Assembly: GCA_965223855.1 (NCBI GenBank)
Contig: CBDCXM010000009.1
Span: 256,001-320,000, forward strand
Direction of reading: 5' to 3'
Origin: Candidatus Multivoradales bacterium
GTDB lineage: Bacteria; Acidobacteriota; Thermoanaerobaculia; Multivoradales; JAHEKO01
Length of the DNA: 64,000 nucleotides
How positions within the stretch are numbered: the first letter of the stretch is position 1; each line of letters begins with the position of its first letter. This document shows positions 9,432 through 22,282 of this stretch, one piece after another. The notes beneath the pieces are model-generated. The model was not told where the DNA came from, did no database searches, and saw only the letters and a program-made list of their open reading frames with translations. The translations under genes were made by a program, and so were the position numbers.

Positions 9432-11659
9432 CTGGCGTTGCCTCCGAAATCGACGGAAAGGCCGACGATCACGCTGCGAGGCAGGCCCGGCCGCAAGCCG
9501 GCCGGCCGCCGCGCCGCCACGTAGACCTCGTCGGTCGCGTTGAGGAGCTGGGTGAAGACCTCCCAGCGATCGAACAGTGTCTTCTCGAGTCGAAGATCGA
9601 CGAGGGTGCGAGCCTCCAGCCGCTCCCCTGGCGGGATCGCGCCGCTCCCGGCGCGGGTTCGCACGTCGGAGGTGTGATCGACATCGACGAAGAGGCCGAA
9701 GCCCGAGCGCTCGTAGCCGAAGCGCGCGTGGAGTCGATGCTCCGGCAGATAGGGCAGCTCGTCCCCGGCCTCCACCAGCGGCGCCCAGTCGGCAAAGTCG
9801 GACTCGAACGTCGAGTCGAACTCGCCGCGGGTGAAGGTGTAGGTGACGTCGAGCGGCATCACGGCCTGGGCCGAGCGCAACCGCGTGCCGAATCCGGCCT
9901 CGAGACCGAAGATCGTGGCGGCACCGCCGTTGAACTGATCTCCCGTGCCGCCGCCACCGCCCGAGGTGGTGTCGGTTCCCAGCAGATTCTCGTAGTCGCT
10001 GAAGAAGGCGGTCAGCTCCCCGCGGCTGCGGTCGCCCGCGGCCCGGTAGCCGAGCTCGAAGTTCACGCTCTCCTCGGCGTCCACCTCCTCGGTCGAACTC
10101 GGGCCGGGCGGCGAGAACCCGCGATGAACGCCGACGAACACCTGCCGCTCGTCGTCGATCGCGTAGCTGACGCCCATCCCGGGCAGCACCTCGGTGAGCG
10201 AGTTGGTGCGCGTCGCGAGCGCGAAGCCGGAGCGAGTCGGGTCCTCGCGGCCGTAGTCGAGCCGCTCGAGATCGATCGACTCGACCCGCACGCCGGGGGT
10301 CAGCGTCCAGGAGCCGATCCGGATGGTGTCCTGCACGAACGCCGCCATCGCTTCGGCGCCGGCGACCCGGTTCGCATGGCTTCCCGGCGCACCGGCGCTC
10401 GTGAAGATCCGCTCGCGCCCGAGCATCCGGTAGCTGTCCTCTTCCTGAAAGCGATCCTCCTCGTCCTCGTGAAGCCGGAGGCCGAACTCGAGCTCGTGCG
10501 CCGAGCGCCCACGTTCCAGGTCGACGCCGAAGACCGCCTGCACCCCGGTCGAGTAGTAGTCGCGCCGGTTGTTGCGCACGGCGAGGGCTTCTGCTCCGCT
10601 GTCCCGCTCGCCGCGAAGGACCGCGAGCTCGTCCGCATAGAGCCCGGGAGAGGCGAGCACAGCAGCCACGCCGACACCGTCCACCTTCTCGAGCTTGTGC
10701 CAGTTGCGGAAGAAGTCGTTGCGGTAGGCGGTCACGGTGAGGCGGTGTCGATCGCTCGGCCGCAGCTCGTAGCTGAGCTGGAACTGTTCGTGCTCGGCCC
10801 GGATCTCGTCGCCCGCCGACGAGGCGTAGCGGCGGTAGGGATCCGCCAGGAAGTCCCCGACCGTCAATCCGAGATAGGTCTCGTCGCCGTCCTGCTCGGT
10901 CCGCCCCACCTTGATCTCGAGCGCCTGGTACCGGCGAGCCTCGGGATCGGTGGTCACACGGAACTTCCCGAGATAGTCGGAGAGCTGGTAGCCGGTCGGC
11001 CCGCCGCCATCGAGCCGCTTGAAGCCGTCGTGGCGCTGATCGAGGGCCTCGACCAGCCAGCCGAAGCGCTCCCCTCCCTCACCGGCTCGCGCCCGCACGA
11101 GCTGATGGCCGTCGCTCCCGCCCGTCAGTTCAAGCCGTCCCTCGCGCGCCGCCGGAATCGAGGTCGACAGGTAGTTGATCGAGCCGCCGTTGGTGTAGGG
11201 CCCCTGGCGGATGGCGCTCGACCCCTTGAGGATCTCGAACCCCTCCATCCGGCCGGCGGTCGGCGAGTAGTAGGCCGACGGCGCGGCGTAGGGGGCCGGC
11301 GCGATGAGCACCCCGTCCTCGAGCATCGTGATCTTCGAGCTGCGCTCGACTCCGGTGCCGCGAATCCCGATGTTCGGCCGCAGGCCGAAGCCGTCCTCCT
11401 CCTGAACGCTGATACCCGGGACCTGCTGGAGGATCCGATGCACGTCCTGGTAGCCCTGCCGCTCCAGTGTCTCGGCGTCGATGACGTGGGCCGAACCGGG
11501 CAGCTCGTCGAGCTCGGTCACGGCGGCGACGATCGACAGCTCCTCGAACAGCCGGTATCCGCTGCCACCCTTGTCGGATGGTGCCTCGGTCTCGCTCGCG
11601 CCGGCGATCGCCGGCAGCAGGCAGGTGAGCGCCCACAGGCGCACGGTTCGAACGTTCAT
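9428..11659 (-). CDS. TonB-dependent receptor (FecA-like)
   Basis: QEEDGFGLRPNIGIRG plug, EDGVLIAPAPYAAPSAYY; start at ATG 11659 after GAAGGAG. Confidence 0.9.
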   Translation of the reverse strand: MNVRTVRLWALTCLLPAIAGASETEAPSDKGGSGYRLFEELSIVAAVTELDELPGSAHVIDAETLERQGYQDVHRILQQVPGISVQEEDGFGLRPNIGIRGTGVERSSKITMLEDGVLIAPAPYAAPSAYYSPTAGRMEGFEILKGSSAIRQGPYTNGGSINYLSTSIPAAREGRLELTGGSDGHQLVRARAGEGGERFGWLVEALDQRHDGFKRLDGGGPTGYQLSDYLGKFRVTTDPEARRYQALEIKVGRTEQDGDETYLGLTVGDFLADPYRRYASSAGDEIRAEHEQFQLSYELRPSDRHRLTVTAYRNDFFRNWHKLEKVDGVGVAAVLASPGLYADELAVLRGERDSGAEALAVRNNRRDYYSTGVQAVFGVDLERGRSAHELEFGLRLHEDEEDRFQEEDSYRMLGRERIFTSAGAPGSHANRVAGAEAMAAFVQDTIRIGSWTLTPGVRVESIDLERLDYGREDPTRSGFALATRTNSLTEVLPGMGVSYAIDDERQVFVGVHRGFSPPGPSSTEEVDAEESVNFELGYRAAGDRSRGELTAFFSDYENLLGTDTTSGGGGGTGDQFNGGAATIFGLEAGFGTRLRSAQAVMPLDVTYTFTRGEFDSTFESDFADWAPLVEAGDELPYLPEHRLHARFGYERSGFGLFVDVDHTSDVRTRAGSGAIPPGERLEARTLVDLRLEKTLFDRWEVFTQLLNATDEVYVAARRPAGLRPGLPRSVIVGLSVDFGGNAR

Positions 11660-11673
11660 CGAGGCGTTCTCCT

Positions 11674-12138
11674 TCAACTCGGCGCCGGCGGGGCCTCTCG
11701 AGCCTCCCGCGCCCGACGGCAGGTCAGGCACCGCCCGACGACCTGCACCGAAAGATCTTCAGGGTCGAATCCGTGCGCGGCGCAGAGTTCCCGCAGCGAG
11801 TCACGCACCTCGCGATGGAGGTACTCGACCAGCCGGCCGCACTCGCGGCACACCATGTGGTCGTGGTCCATCCCCTCGTGGAGATGCTCGTAGAGCACTC
11901 TGTGATTGCCGAGGCGCACCTTGCGCACCAGGCCGCAGTCCGCCAGCAGATCGAGATTGCGATAGACCGAAGCTCTCGAGACCCGCAGCCCGTTGCGACC
12001 GATCGCCTCGTGCAGACGATCGGCGTCGATGTGCTCGTGGTGGAGGAAGATCTCCTCGAACACCGCCCGACGGGTCGGCGTCATCCGCAACCCGTGGTCG
12101 CGGACGTAGCTCTCGAACTGTTGCCGTTCCTGTTGCAA
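11674..12138 (-). CDS. fur: Fur-family transcriptional repressor
   Basis: GLRMTPTRRAV, VSRASVYRNLDLL, HDHMVCRECG, CxxC; TTG start uncertain. Confidence 0.88.
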   Translation of the reverse strand: MQQERQQFESYVRDHGLRMTPTRRAVFEEIFLHHEHIDADRLHEAIGRNGLRVSRASVYRNLDLLADCGLVRKVRLGNHRVLYEHLHEGMDHDHMVCRECGRLVEYLHREVRDSLRELCAAHGFDPEDLSVQVVGRCLTCRRAREAREAPPAPS

Positions 12139-12155
12139 GTCGCTGGATTCTCTTA

Positions 12156-12193
12156 TTGAGACGGCGTCTCAAAACATGAGACTTCATTCTGAA
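12156..12193. promoter_or_regulatory. Putative Fur box: perfect 7-1-7 palindrome plus an adjacent degenerate copy
   Basis: TTGAGACG-G-CGTCTCAA at 12156-12172 and TGAGACTTCATTCTGA at 12177-12192, in an AT-rich patch just upstream of fur; resembles TGAnAATnATTnTCA. Confidence 0.7.
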
Positions 12194-12213
12194 GCGGCCC
12201 CGCCGCGAAGTCA

Positions 12214-12711
12214 ATGCCGTCGTCGACTCGAGCGGCCGGGAACCCGGAGCGCCGTGATACGTTCCCCTTCCCCGGGGGACGATTCGAACCATGGCTGCAC
12301 CCGGACAGGACCCGCAAGACGAACGGGCCACCAGCCCGCCCCCGCGACACCGGGGACTCCCTGCGCGAGACGGACGAGTCCGCGCGCCGGCTCCCGCCGC
12401 TCCCCTTCTTCGCCCGCATCGGCGTCCTGCTGGTCGGCTGGATCCTGCTGCTCATCGGGATCGCCGGGCTCGCGCTGCCGGGGATCCAGGGGTGCCTGAC
12501 GATCGCGCTGGGCGCGGCGCTACTGTCGCTTGCCAGCGAGATGATCTACCGCTGGCTCAAGAAGGGGCTGCGGCGTTGGCCGAAGGTGTGGGCACGCGTC
12601 GAGCGGATGCGCGCCTGGACCCACGCCAAGCTGACCGGCTCCCGGCCGGGCGTGCCGCCGGGCCCTGCAGCCGCGAACGCCGCTCCCGAGGACGCCGGCG
12701 AAGAGGAGTAG
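12214..12711 (+). CDS. PGPGW-like small membrane protein (start uncertain)
   Basis: VLLVGWILLLIGIAGLALPGIQGCLTIALGAALLS. The true start may be ATG 12291 with an indel in the C/G runs near 12335-12355. Confidence 0.6.
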   Translation: MPSSTRAAGNPERRDTFPFPGGRFEPWLHPDRTRKTNGPPARPRDTGDSLRETDESARRLPPLPFFARIGVLLVGWILLLIGIAGLALPGIQGCLTIALGAALLSLASEMIYRWLKKGLRRWPKVWARVERMRAWTHAKLTGSRPGVPPGPAAANAAPEDAGEEE

Positions 12712-12715
12712 GCCG

Positions 12716-13990
12716 CTACCGCTCGTCGCGCGGCACGAACGGCCGGGCGTTCTCGCCTGTGTAGATCTGCCGCGGCCGGTGGATGCGCGTCTTGGCGTCC
12801 TCGCGCATCTCCTTCCAGTGCGCGATCCAGCCGGGCAACCGCCCGAGAGCGAACATGACCGTGAACATCTCGGTCGGAATGCCCATGGCGCGGTAGATGA
12901 TGCCGCTGTAGAAGTCGACGTTCGGGTAGAGGTTGCGCTCGACGAAGTACTCGTCCTCGAGCGCTACCCGCTCGAGCTCGCGGGCGATGTCGAGCAGCGG
13001 ATCGTCGACCCCGAGCTCCTCGAGCACGTCGTCCGCCGCCTTCTTGAGCAGCTTCGCCCGCGGGTCGTAGTTCTTGTAGACCCGGTGGCCGAAGCCCATC
13101 AGGCGGAACGGGTCTTCCTTGTCCTTCGCCTTGGCGACGTACTTCTCGTAGTCGCTGCCGTCCTCGCGAATCCGCGAGAGCATCTCGATCACGGCCTGAT
13201 TGGCGCCGCCGTGGAGCGGCCCCCACAGCGCGTTGATCCCCGCGGAGATGGCGACGAAGAGATTCGCCTCGCTCGAGCCGACCATACGCACCGTCGAAGT
13301 CGAGCAGTTCTGCTCGTGGTCGGCATGGAGAATGAGAAGCATGTTGAGCGCCTCGTCGAGCACCGGCGGCACGTCGTACTCCTCCACCGGCAGGGCGAAC
13401 ATCATGTGCAGGAAGTTCTGGGTGTAGGAGAGGTCATTGCGCGGATAGACGATCGGATGGCCCATCGACTTCTTGTAGGAGAAGGCGGCGATCGTCTTCG
13501 CCTTCGCCAGCAAGCGCACGATGTTGAGATCGATGTCGTGATCGTCGGCGCTGTCGGGGTAGTAGGCCGAGAGCGACGCCACCATCGACGAGAGGATCGC
13601 CATCGGATGCGCCGTCGGCGAGTACCCCTCGAAGAACTTCTTCATGTCCTCGTGGATCAGGGTGTGACGGGTGAGACGGTCGCTGAACTCGGCGTACTGA
13701 GCCGCGTCGGGAAGCTCTCCGTAGATCAGCAGATAGCAGACCTCGACGAAGCGCGCCTTCTCCGCCAGCTCCTCGATCGAGTAGCCGCGGTAGCGCAGGA
13801 TCCCCTTCTCACCGTTGATGAAGGTGATCGCACTCTTGCACGACCCCGTGTTGCCGTAGCCGGGGTCATAGGTGATCGCGCCGGTCGATTTGCGCAGCGC
13901 GCGCACATCGATCCCGACCTCTCCCTCGCTCCCCTCGAGGAGGGCGAGGTCGTAGTCGTTGCCGTCGTAGGTGAGTTTTGCCGAGCCCAT
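12716..13990 (-). CDS. gltA: Citrate synthase
   Basis: YDPGYGNTGSCKSAITFING, LHADHEQNCSTS, GPLHGGANQ, MGFGHRVYK, YPNVDFYSG. Confidence 0.97.
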   Translation of the reverse strand: MGSAKLTYDGNDYDLALLEGSEGEVGIDVRALRKSTGAITYDPGYGNTGSCKSAITFINGEKGILRYRGYSIEELAEKARFVEVCYLLIYGELPDAAQYAEFSDRLTRHTLIHEDMKKFFEGYSPTAHPMAILSSMVASLSAYYPDSADDHDIDLNIVRLLAKAKTIAAFSYKKSMGHPIVYPRNDLSYTQNFLHMMFALPVEEYDVPPVLDEALNMLLILHADHEQNCSTSTVRMVGSSEANLFVAISAGINALWGPLHGGANQAVIEMLSRIREDGSDYEKYVAKAKDKEDPFRLMGFGHRVYKNYDPRAKLLKKAADDVLEELGVDDPLLDIARELERVALEDEYFVERNLYPNVDFYSGIIYRAMGIPTEMFTVMFALGRLPGWIAHWKEMREDAKTRIHRPRQIYTGENARPFVPRDER

Positions 13991-14089
13991 GAAATCCACT
14001 CCCGCCGCCGCGCGGCGCGCCATTGCACTTGCCGCGAGCTTACCGTAACCGGAGTGGCGTCCCTGTGACGGCTAGGACGCCGTCGGGCA

Positions 14090-14794
14090 CTACACGCCGC
14101 GTGTTTCGGCACCCCACAGCAACTTGTGCAGCTGTGTCTGCACCCGCACCGTGAGCCGGTCTTCGAGCACCCGCTCGGCAAGTCGTTCCAGCGGCCATCC
14201 GTCGTGGACCACGGAGAAGAGCACCGGCACGTTCCGGTCGAGCCGGTACCGCTGGACCACCTCCTTCGCCCACTCATAGTCGGCGTCGTCGGCGATCACG
14301 AACTTCACCTCGTCGCCACTCTCGAGGAGCTCCAGGTTCTCCCACCGATTGTTGTCCGCTTCGCCGCTGGCCGGGCACTTGACGTCGACGATCCGCCCGA
14401 CCCGAGGATCGACGGCCCCGATGTCGAGCCCGCCTCCGGTCTCCAGCAGCACCTCGAAGCCGTCGTCGCACAACCGCTTCATCAGGGTATGCACCCCGGG
14501 CTGGAGCAGCGGCTCTCCGCCGGTCACCTCGACCAGCCGGCAGCCGAAAGCGCGCACCTCCTCGATGACATCGTCGATCGACGTCCACTCCCCCTCGTAG
14601 AAGCTGTACTCGCTGTCGCACCAGACACAGCGCATCTGACAGCCGGTCAGGCGGACGAGCACGCACGGCCGGCCGGCATGAGTCGACTCGCCCTGCAGGG
14701 AGTAGAAGATCTCGTTGATCTTGAGCCGCTCGGCGGCCGGCAACCTGCGGACCGACGATGCGTCCGCGTCCGCCACCGACGCGTCCCTCGTCAC
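14090..14794 (-). CDS. queE: 7-carboxy-7-deazaguanine synthase (radical SAM)
   Basis: EIFYSLQGES, RLTGCQMRCVWCDS, VTGGEPLLQ, QLHKLLW; GTG start overlapping the queD stop. Confidence 0.92.
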   Translation of the reverse strand: MTRDASVADADASSVRRLPAAERLKINEIFYSLQGESTHAGRPCVLVRLTGCQMRCVWCDSEYSFYEGEWTSIDDVIEEVRAFGCRLVEVTGGEPLLQPGVHTLMKRLCDDGFEVLLETGGGLDIGAVDPRVGRIVDVKCPASGEADNNRWENLELLESGDEVKFVIADDADYEWAKEVVQRYRLDRNVPVLFSVVHDGWPLERLAERVLEDRLTVRVQTQLHKLLWGAETRGV

Positions 14795-15165
14795 CCGCCC
14801 GCCTCGAACCAGGCGCAGGACGACTCGTTCTCCCACACCTCGACCCGTGTCACCCGCACCCGGTCGTCGTCGATTCGCCTCGCCGCCTCGCGGTAGAAGT
14901 ATTCGCTCAGCAGCTCCGCCGTCGTGTTGCGCTCGTCGAACGGCGGAATGTCGTTGACCACCGCGTGATCGAACGGGCCGGCGATCTCCTCCATCACCGC
15001 CTTGAGATCGGCGAAGTCGAGCACCATGCCGAGCGCGTCGAGCTCGCCGGCAGCCACCTCGACACGCACCCGGTAGTTGTGACCGTGGAGGTTCTCGCAG
15101 CCGCCGGTGTGGCCGCGAATGAAGTGCGCGGCCGAGAAGCGGAAGTCCTTGGCGATCCGGTACAT
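14791..15165 (-). CDS. queD: 6-carboxy-5,6,7,8-tetrahydropterin synthase
   Basis: FSAAHF, CENLHGHNYRV, DFADLK, TTAELL, VWENE. Confidence 0.93.
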   Translation of the reverse strand: MYRIAKDFRFSAAHFIRGHTGGCENLHGHNYRVRVEVAAGELDALGMVLDFADLKAVMEEIAGPFDHAVVNDIPPFDERNTTAELLSEYFYREAARRIDDDRVRVTRVEVWENESSCAWFEAGG

Positions 15166-15284
15166 GGGGCGCCCGGGATCGTCTCGCGCGCGGGGCATAG
15201 CGTCAAGGCCGGCCGGAAGGAGGGCTCCACGGATCGGGCCGCGCAGCCAAACTCCGACCGGAAAAGAGGACTTCCGGGTGAACG

Positions 15285-15311
15285 GGAAACATTCCTCGCC
15301 CGTACAACGTT
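15285..15311 (+). promoter_or_regulatory. Putative ECF-sigma promoter
   Basis: GGAAAC-N17-CGTT, matching the AAC...CGTT consensus of many ECF sigma factors; points at a terminated non-coding segment. Confidence 0.55.
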
Positions 15312-15316
15312 AGTAG

Positions 15317-15430
15317 AGAAACAGCGGGCCTCGGGAGTTGTGCCCGCGCCGGAGTTCGACTCCGCCAAAACCCTTCAACTCCCTCTCCTCCCCCCCGTGT
15401 CGGATCCCTCCCCGGCACGGGGCTTTTTCT
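15317..15430 (+). ncRNA. Candidate small regulatory RNA (~110 nt)
   Basis: Hairpins GCGGGC/GCCCGC and CGGAG/CTCCG, a C/U-rich linker CCCTTCAACTCCCTCTCCTCCC and its own intrinsic terminator; both flanking genes are on the opposite strand. Confidence 0.6.
15393..15430 (+). terminator. Rho-independent terminator
   Basis: CCCCGTGTCGG-ATCCCTCC-CCGGCACGGGG followed by CTTTTTCTT; U-tract on the + strand only. Confidence 0.75.
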
Positions 15431-15469
15431 TGCGCCGGTTCCTGCACCGGCGCTCCGGGAGGACGCCGG

Positions 15470-18233
<2,764 letters not shown>

Positions 18234-18304
18234 GGCAGCCTCCGGTGAGGGTGAAACATACCGCATGACCTTGCGGCCTGCAGCCAGCCACCTCTCGAAG
18301 GAAC

Positions 18305-19570
18305 CTAGCTCGGTGCGTCCGGAATCACCACCGGCTCGACCTCACTCTCGAGCGTCTCCTCCCGCACCACCGCCGCAAAGAAGAACGCCAGCACCATCAA
18401 CCCCGCACCGATCCAGAACGGGCTGCGGATGCCTAGGTGCTGGAAGACGAAGCCGGCCCACAGGGGGCCGCTCATGCGGGCGACGCCGCCAACCGACTGC
18501 TGCGCGCCGAGCACGGTTCCGGTCTCCTCCTCCGGTGCGCGCTTGGAGACGAGCGACGTACCGGTCGGGAAGAGGAAGGCGGTGCCGACCGGAACGAAAA
18601 GGGAAGCAACCGCGAGATGCCAGATCTCGGAAGCGAGTGGCAGCAGGACCATGCCGGCGGCGACGAACAGGGTGCCGATCCTGAGGAGGCGGATCTCGCC
18701 GAATCTCGCCACTGCCGGACCGAGGACGAGGCTTCGCATCAGCAGCGACACGCCGCCGACATAGACGTAGAACCAGCCAATCGTCGTCTTGTCCGCGCCG
18801 AAGCTACGGCCGAGATAGAGAGCGAGAATGCCGCTCATCGCCGTGAACGCCATCATGCCGACGGCGTAAATCCAGATCAGCGAGCTGATCGGCCCGGTCG
18901 GATGGCGGACGACGCCCCACAACACCGGCCAAGTGCCCCCGCGCGATTGCGGCTCCTTGTCGCTATCCTTCTCCCGCTCGGCGCGCTCACGCGGTTCCGG
19001 CAGGAAGCGCCACGCCGAGAGCAGATTGAGGACACAGATGCCAGCCGCGAGGTGACCGGGCCCGACAGTGCCGATCGAAGCGGCGAGCGACGCCAGCGCC
19101 GGGCCGATCATCACGCCGGCGCTCGCGGCCGCGGTCAGCCAGCCGAGAGCCTGAGCGCGACGCTCCGGCGGCACCGAGTCGCTCAGATACGCCTGGACCA
19201 CACCGTTGGTCCCCGCACCAACTCCCTGGACGACACGCGAGAAGAACAGCAGCCAGACCGTCGTCGCCCCTTCGAACAGCAGGTACGACACCGCAGAGAT
19301 CGCCAGCCCGGCGATGATCATTGGTCGTCGGCCGTAGCGGTCGGAGAGCTTTCCCCACACCGGTGACATCACTAGCTGTGCGACAGCGAAGACCGACACA
19401 AGAGCGCCCACCAGGACGCCGATCCTCTCTGGGTCCTCGACGAGCTCCCCCGCGTAGAACGGCAGCAGCGGCAGGACGATGAGGAACCCCATCATGTCGA
19501 CGAACACCGTCAACATGAGGACCCACAGGCGGCCCAGGTAGTCGCGCGATTCGAGCTTGGCGTCAGACAC
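18305..19570 (-). CDS. MFS transporter (DHA1/TetA-like)
   Basis: [30 protein letters not shown] motif A, multiple TM segments. Confidence 0.88.
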   Translation of the reverse strand: MSDAKLESRDYLGRLWVLMLTVFVDMMGFLIVLPLLPFYAGELVEDPERIGVLVGALVSVFAVAQLVMSPVWGKLSDRYGRRPMIIAGLAISAVSYLLFEGATTVWLLFFSRVVQGVGAGTNGVVQAYLSDSVPPERRAQALGWLTAAASAGVMIGPALASLAASIGTVGPGHLAAGICVLNLLSAWRFLPEPRERAEREKDSDKEPQSRGGTWPVLWGVVRHPTGPISSLIWIYAVGMMAFTAMSGILALYLGRSFGADKTTIGWFYVYVGGVSLLMRSLVLGPAVARFGEIRLLRIGTLFVAAGMVLLPLASEIWHLAVASLFVPVGTAFLFPTGTSLVSKRAPEEETGTVLGAQQSVGGVARMSGPLWAGFVFQHLGIRSPFWIGAGLMVLAFFFAAVVREETLESEVEPVVIPDAPS

Positions 19571-21212
19571 TGTCCTGCCGTCCCCAGAGGAGGAAGATCG
19601 TGGCGCTCAGCACCATCAGGAAGACGCCGTAGACCGCCGCCACACCGGTGTCCTGCAGGCGGAGGCTCGACAGGATCTCCACCGATACCGGACGGGTGTC
19701 ATACGTGTAGAGGACGATCGAGGTTACGAAGTCGCCGAGCGCGGTGATGAAGGCGAGCGCCGCTCCCGCCAGCAGCGCCGGCTTGAGCAGCGGCAGCGTC
19801 ACCCGTCGCCAGGTGTAGAGCTTCCCCGCCCCGAGCGAAGCCGCCGCCTCCTCGAGTCGCCGATCGAACTGGCGCATCCCCGCCAGCGCGCTCCGCCCGG
19901 TGACCGGCAGGCTGCGCACCAGATACGCCAGCGGCAGGATCCACAACGTGCCGACGAGGACGAAGCGGCCGACGATGAGCGCGCGAACGCTGAAGGTCAG
20001 CGCCAGCGCCACGGCGAAGACGGTGCCCGGGATCGCCCACGGCACCGCGAGGAGAAGCTCGAGCGCGCGGCCGGTGCGCCCGCGCAGCGTGAGCGCCAGG
20101 CGGGCGGCCACCGCTCCGACGACGAGCGCGGCACCAGTCGCGGCAACCGCCATCCACAGCGAGTTGAGGATCGGTCGCAACCGCTCACTCTCGGCCAGGA
20201 GAGTGCGGTAGTTGCTCGTGTCGAGCACCGGCGGCAGCCACTCGGTGGTCCAGGTCGCTGGCGGGACGAACGAGATCAGGAGCAGCGTCAGGTGCGGCAG
20301 CAGCAGGAAGAGCGCCAGGCTCCAGCCGGCAACACCGGCGGCGACGCGTGCCGCCCGGCGGCGGATCGCCGCGCGTGCCGGGGCGACACCGCGCACTCCA
20401 CCGCCCGCTACCTGACGCTCGGCGTCGAGCTTGCGCACCAGCCACAGGCCGAGGAAGGCGACGGCCGCCAGCATCACCGTCTCGACCCGCGCCATCTCGA
20501 GCTGGCCGTTGAGCTTCGAGGCGACGATCTGAGTCGGCAACACCCGGAAGCCGCCGCCGAAAAGATACGGCGCCGAGAACGAACCGAGGGCCGTCATGAA
20601 AGTCAGCAACCCCGCGCCGACGAGCGCCGGCACCAGCAGCGGCAGGGTGACCCGGGTGAGGGTTCGCCAGCGGCCGGCGCCGAGCGATGCCGCTGCTTCC
20701 AACACCGAGGCATCGAACCGCGCCAGCGCGGCGCGGGTGAAGAGATAGAAGAAGACGTACATCGAGTACGCATGGACCAGCAGGATCGCGCCGGGCCCGT
20801 TGAGGCGCCAAGGCGCCGCCTCGAGGCGGAGCACGGTCTGGACGCTCCTGGTGAGGAAGCCGGTCTCGCCGTAGAGGAAGAGGAACGCGATCACGCCGAC
20901 CAGCGGCGGCAGCGCCACCGGCAGCACGATCAGCGATCCGAGCAGGCGTCGTCCGGGGAACTGGTTGCGGCCGAAGAGCAGCCCGAGCGGCACGCCGATC
21001 GCCGCCGCCAGCGCCACCGAGGCCGCCGAGATCCACAGGCTCTGCCACAGCGCCTTCCACTCGTCGGGGCGCTGGGCGAACTCCTTCCACGCCGCCAGAT
21101 CGAAGCCCTGCGGCAGGCCGAACGCCTCCGCCACCGTGATCAGGAGCGGATAGCCGACCAGCCACGCGAGCGCGACGGCGACGGCGACTCCCGCCCAGCG
21201 GGCTCTCGTCAC
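19563..21212 (-). CDS. ABC transporter permease (Fe3+/thiamine/phosphonate-type)
   Basis: Two EAAASLGA motifs, duplicated permease halves. Confidence 0.88.
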   Translation of the reverse strand: MTRARWAGVAVAVALAWLVGYPLLITVAEAFGLPQGFDLAAWKEFAQRPDEWKALWQSLWISAASVALAAAIGVPLGLLFGRNQFPGRRLLGSLIVLPVALPPLVGVIAFLFLYGETGFLTRSVQTVLRLEAAPWRLNGPGAILLVHAYSMYVFFYLFTRAALARFDASVLEAAASLGAGRWRTLTRVTLPLLVPALVGAGLLTFMTALGSFSAPYLFGGGFRVLPTQIVASKLNGQLEMARVETVMLAAVAFLGLWLVRKLDAERQVAGGGVRGVAPARAAIRRRAARVAAGVAGWSLALFLLLPHLTLLLISFVPPATWTTEWLPPVLDTSNYRTLLAESERLRPILNSLWMAVAATGAALVVGAVAARLALTLRGRTGRALELLLAVPWAIPGTVFAVALALTFSVRALIVGRFVLVGTLWILPLAYLVRSLPVTGRSALAGMRQFDRRLEEAAASLGAGKLYTWRRVTLPLLKPALLAGAALAFITALGDFVTSIVLYTYDTRPVSVEILSSLRLQDTGVAAVYGVFLMVLSATIFLLWGRQDSV

Positions 21213-22282
21213 GGCGACGCCTCAGTGGATGTCTCAGCCGCCGGATAGGCGCGCGGTGTCGGGCGCCCCGGACGCGGTGCGACGGCGACCCGCTCACCCC
21301 GACCGGGAGCCTCGCCCTCGACCCTCACCGTCAGGGTCCCCTCCTCGACCGCCAGGCGGACGAAGGTGCCGTCTCCGGCGAAGCGCTCGGCGACCACCTC
21401 GCCCGTCAGAGCTCCTTCCACTGCCGTCGTCAGCTCGAGATCCTCCGGACGCAGCAGCAGCCGCGCCGGCCGGCCGGCCTCGAGCGGCGCGGCGAAGATC
21501 GCCGGCCACTCGAGGCCCGTCGCCAGTCTCACGCGCCCGCTCGTCTCGCCGTCCTCGCACGCTTCGGCTTCGAGCCAGCTCGAGTGGCCGACGAAATCGG
21601 CGACGAACGGCGACGCCGGCTGCTCGTAGAGCTCGCGGGAACTGCCGAGTTGCTGCAACCGTCCGCCGTCGAGCAGAGCGATCCGGTCGCCGACATCGAA
21701 CGCCTCCTGCTGCTCGTGAGTCACCCAGACGGCGGTCATGCGGACCCGCTGCAGCAGCTCCCGCAACTGCCGGCGGGTGCGCTCGCGCAGTGCCGGATCG
21801 AGGTTCGACAGCGGCTCGTCGAGGAGCAGCAGCCTCGGATTCGGCGCCAGCGCCCGGGCCAGCGCGACCCGCTGCTGCTGGCCGCCGGAGATCTCGTGGA
21901 TCTGGCGTGCGCCGAGACCGCCGAGCTCGACCAGATCGAGCAGCTCTCGCACTCGCGTCTCACTCGACCCGCCACGCGCTTCGAGCCCGAAGGCGACGTT
22001 CTCCGCCACCGTCAGGTGGGGGAAGAGCGCGTAATGCTGGAACACCATCCCGAAGTTGCGCCTGACGGCCGGGACCTGCGTCACCTCTTCGCCGCCGACG
22101 CGCACCGCCCCCTGCTCGGGAGTCTCGAAGCCCGCCAGCACCCTCAGGAGCGTCGTCTTGCCGCTCCCCGAGGGGCCCAGCAGCACCAGCGTCTCCCCCT
22201 CTCCGACCGCGGCGCTCACCTCCTCGAGCACCCGCACGTCGCCGAAGCTCTTGCCGATGCGCTCGAGCTCGAGGAAGCTCAT
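21209..22282 (-). CDS. ABC transporter ATP-binding protein
   Basis: MSFLELERIGK, GPSGSGKT, ISGGQQQRVALARALA. Confidence 0.9.
   Translation of the reverse strand: MSFLELERIGKSFGDVRVLEEVSAAVGEGETLVLLGPSGSGKTTLLRVLAGFETPEQGAVRVGGEEVTQVPAVRRNFGMVFQHYALFPHLTVAENVAFGLEARGGSSETRVRELLDLVELGGLGARQIHEISGGQQQRVALARALAPNPRLLLLDEPLSNLDPALRERTRRQLRELLQRVRMTAVWVTHEQQEAFDVGDRIALLDGGRLQQLGSSRELYEQPASPFVADFVGHSSWLEAEACEDGETSGRVRLATGLEWPAIFAAPLEAGRPARLLLRPEDLELTTAVEGALTGEVVAERFAGDGTFVRLAVEEGTLTVRVEGEAPGRGERVAVAPRPGRPTPRAYPAAETSTEASP

Noticed and set aside
15200-15240. SRP RNA suggested by GGCCGGAAGG
   Set aside because: It lacks the surrounding CAGG..GGAA..AGCAG helix-8 context and the long stem.
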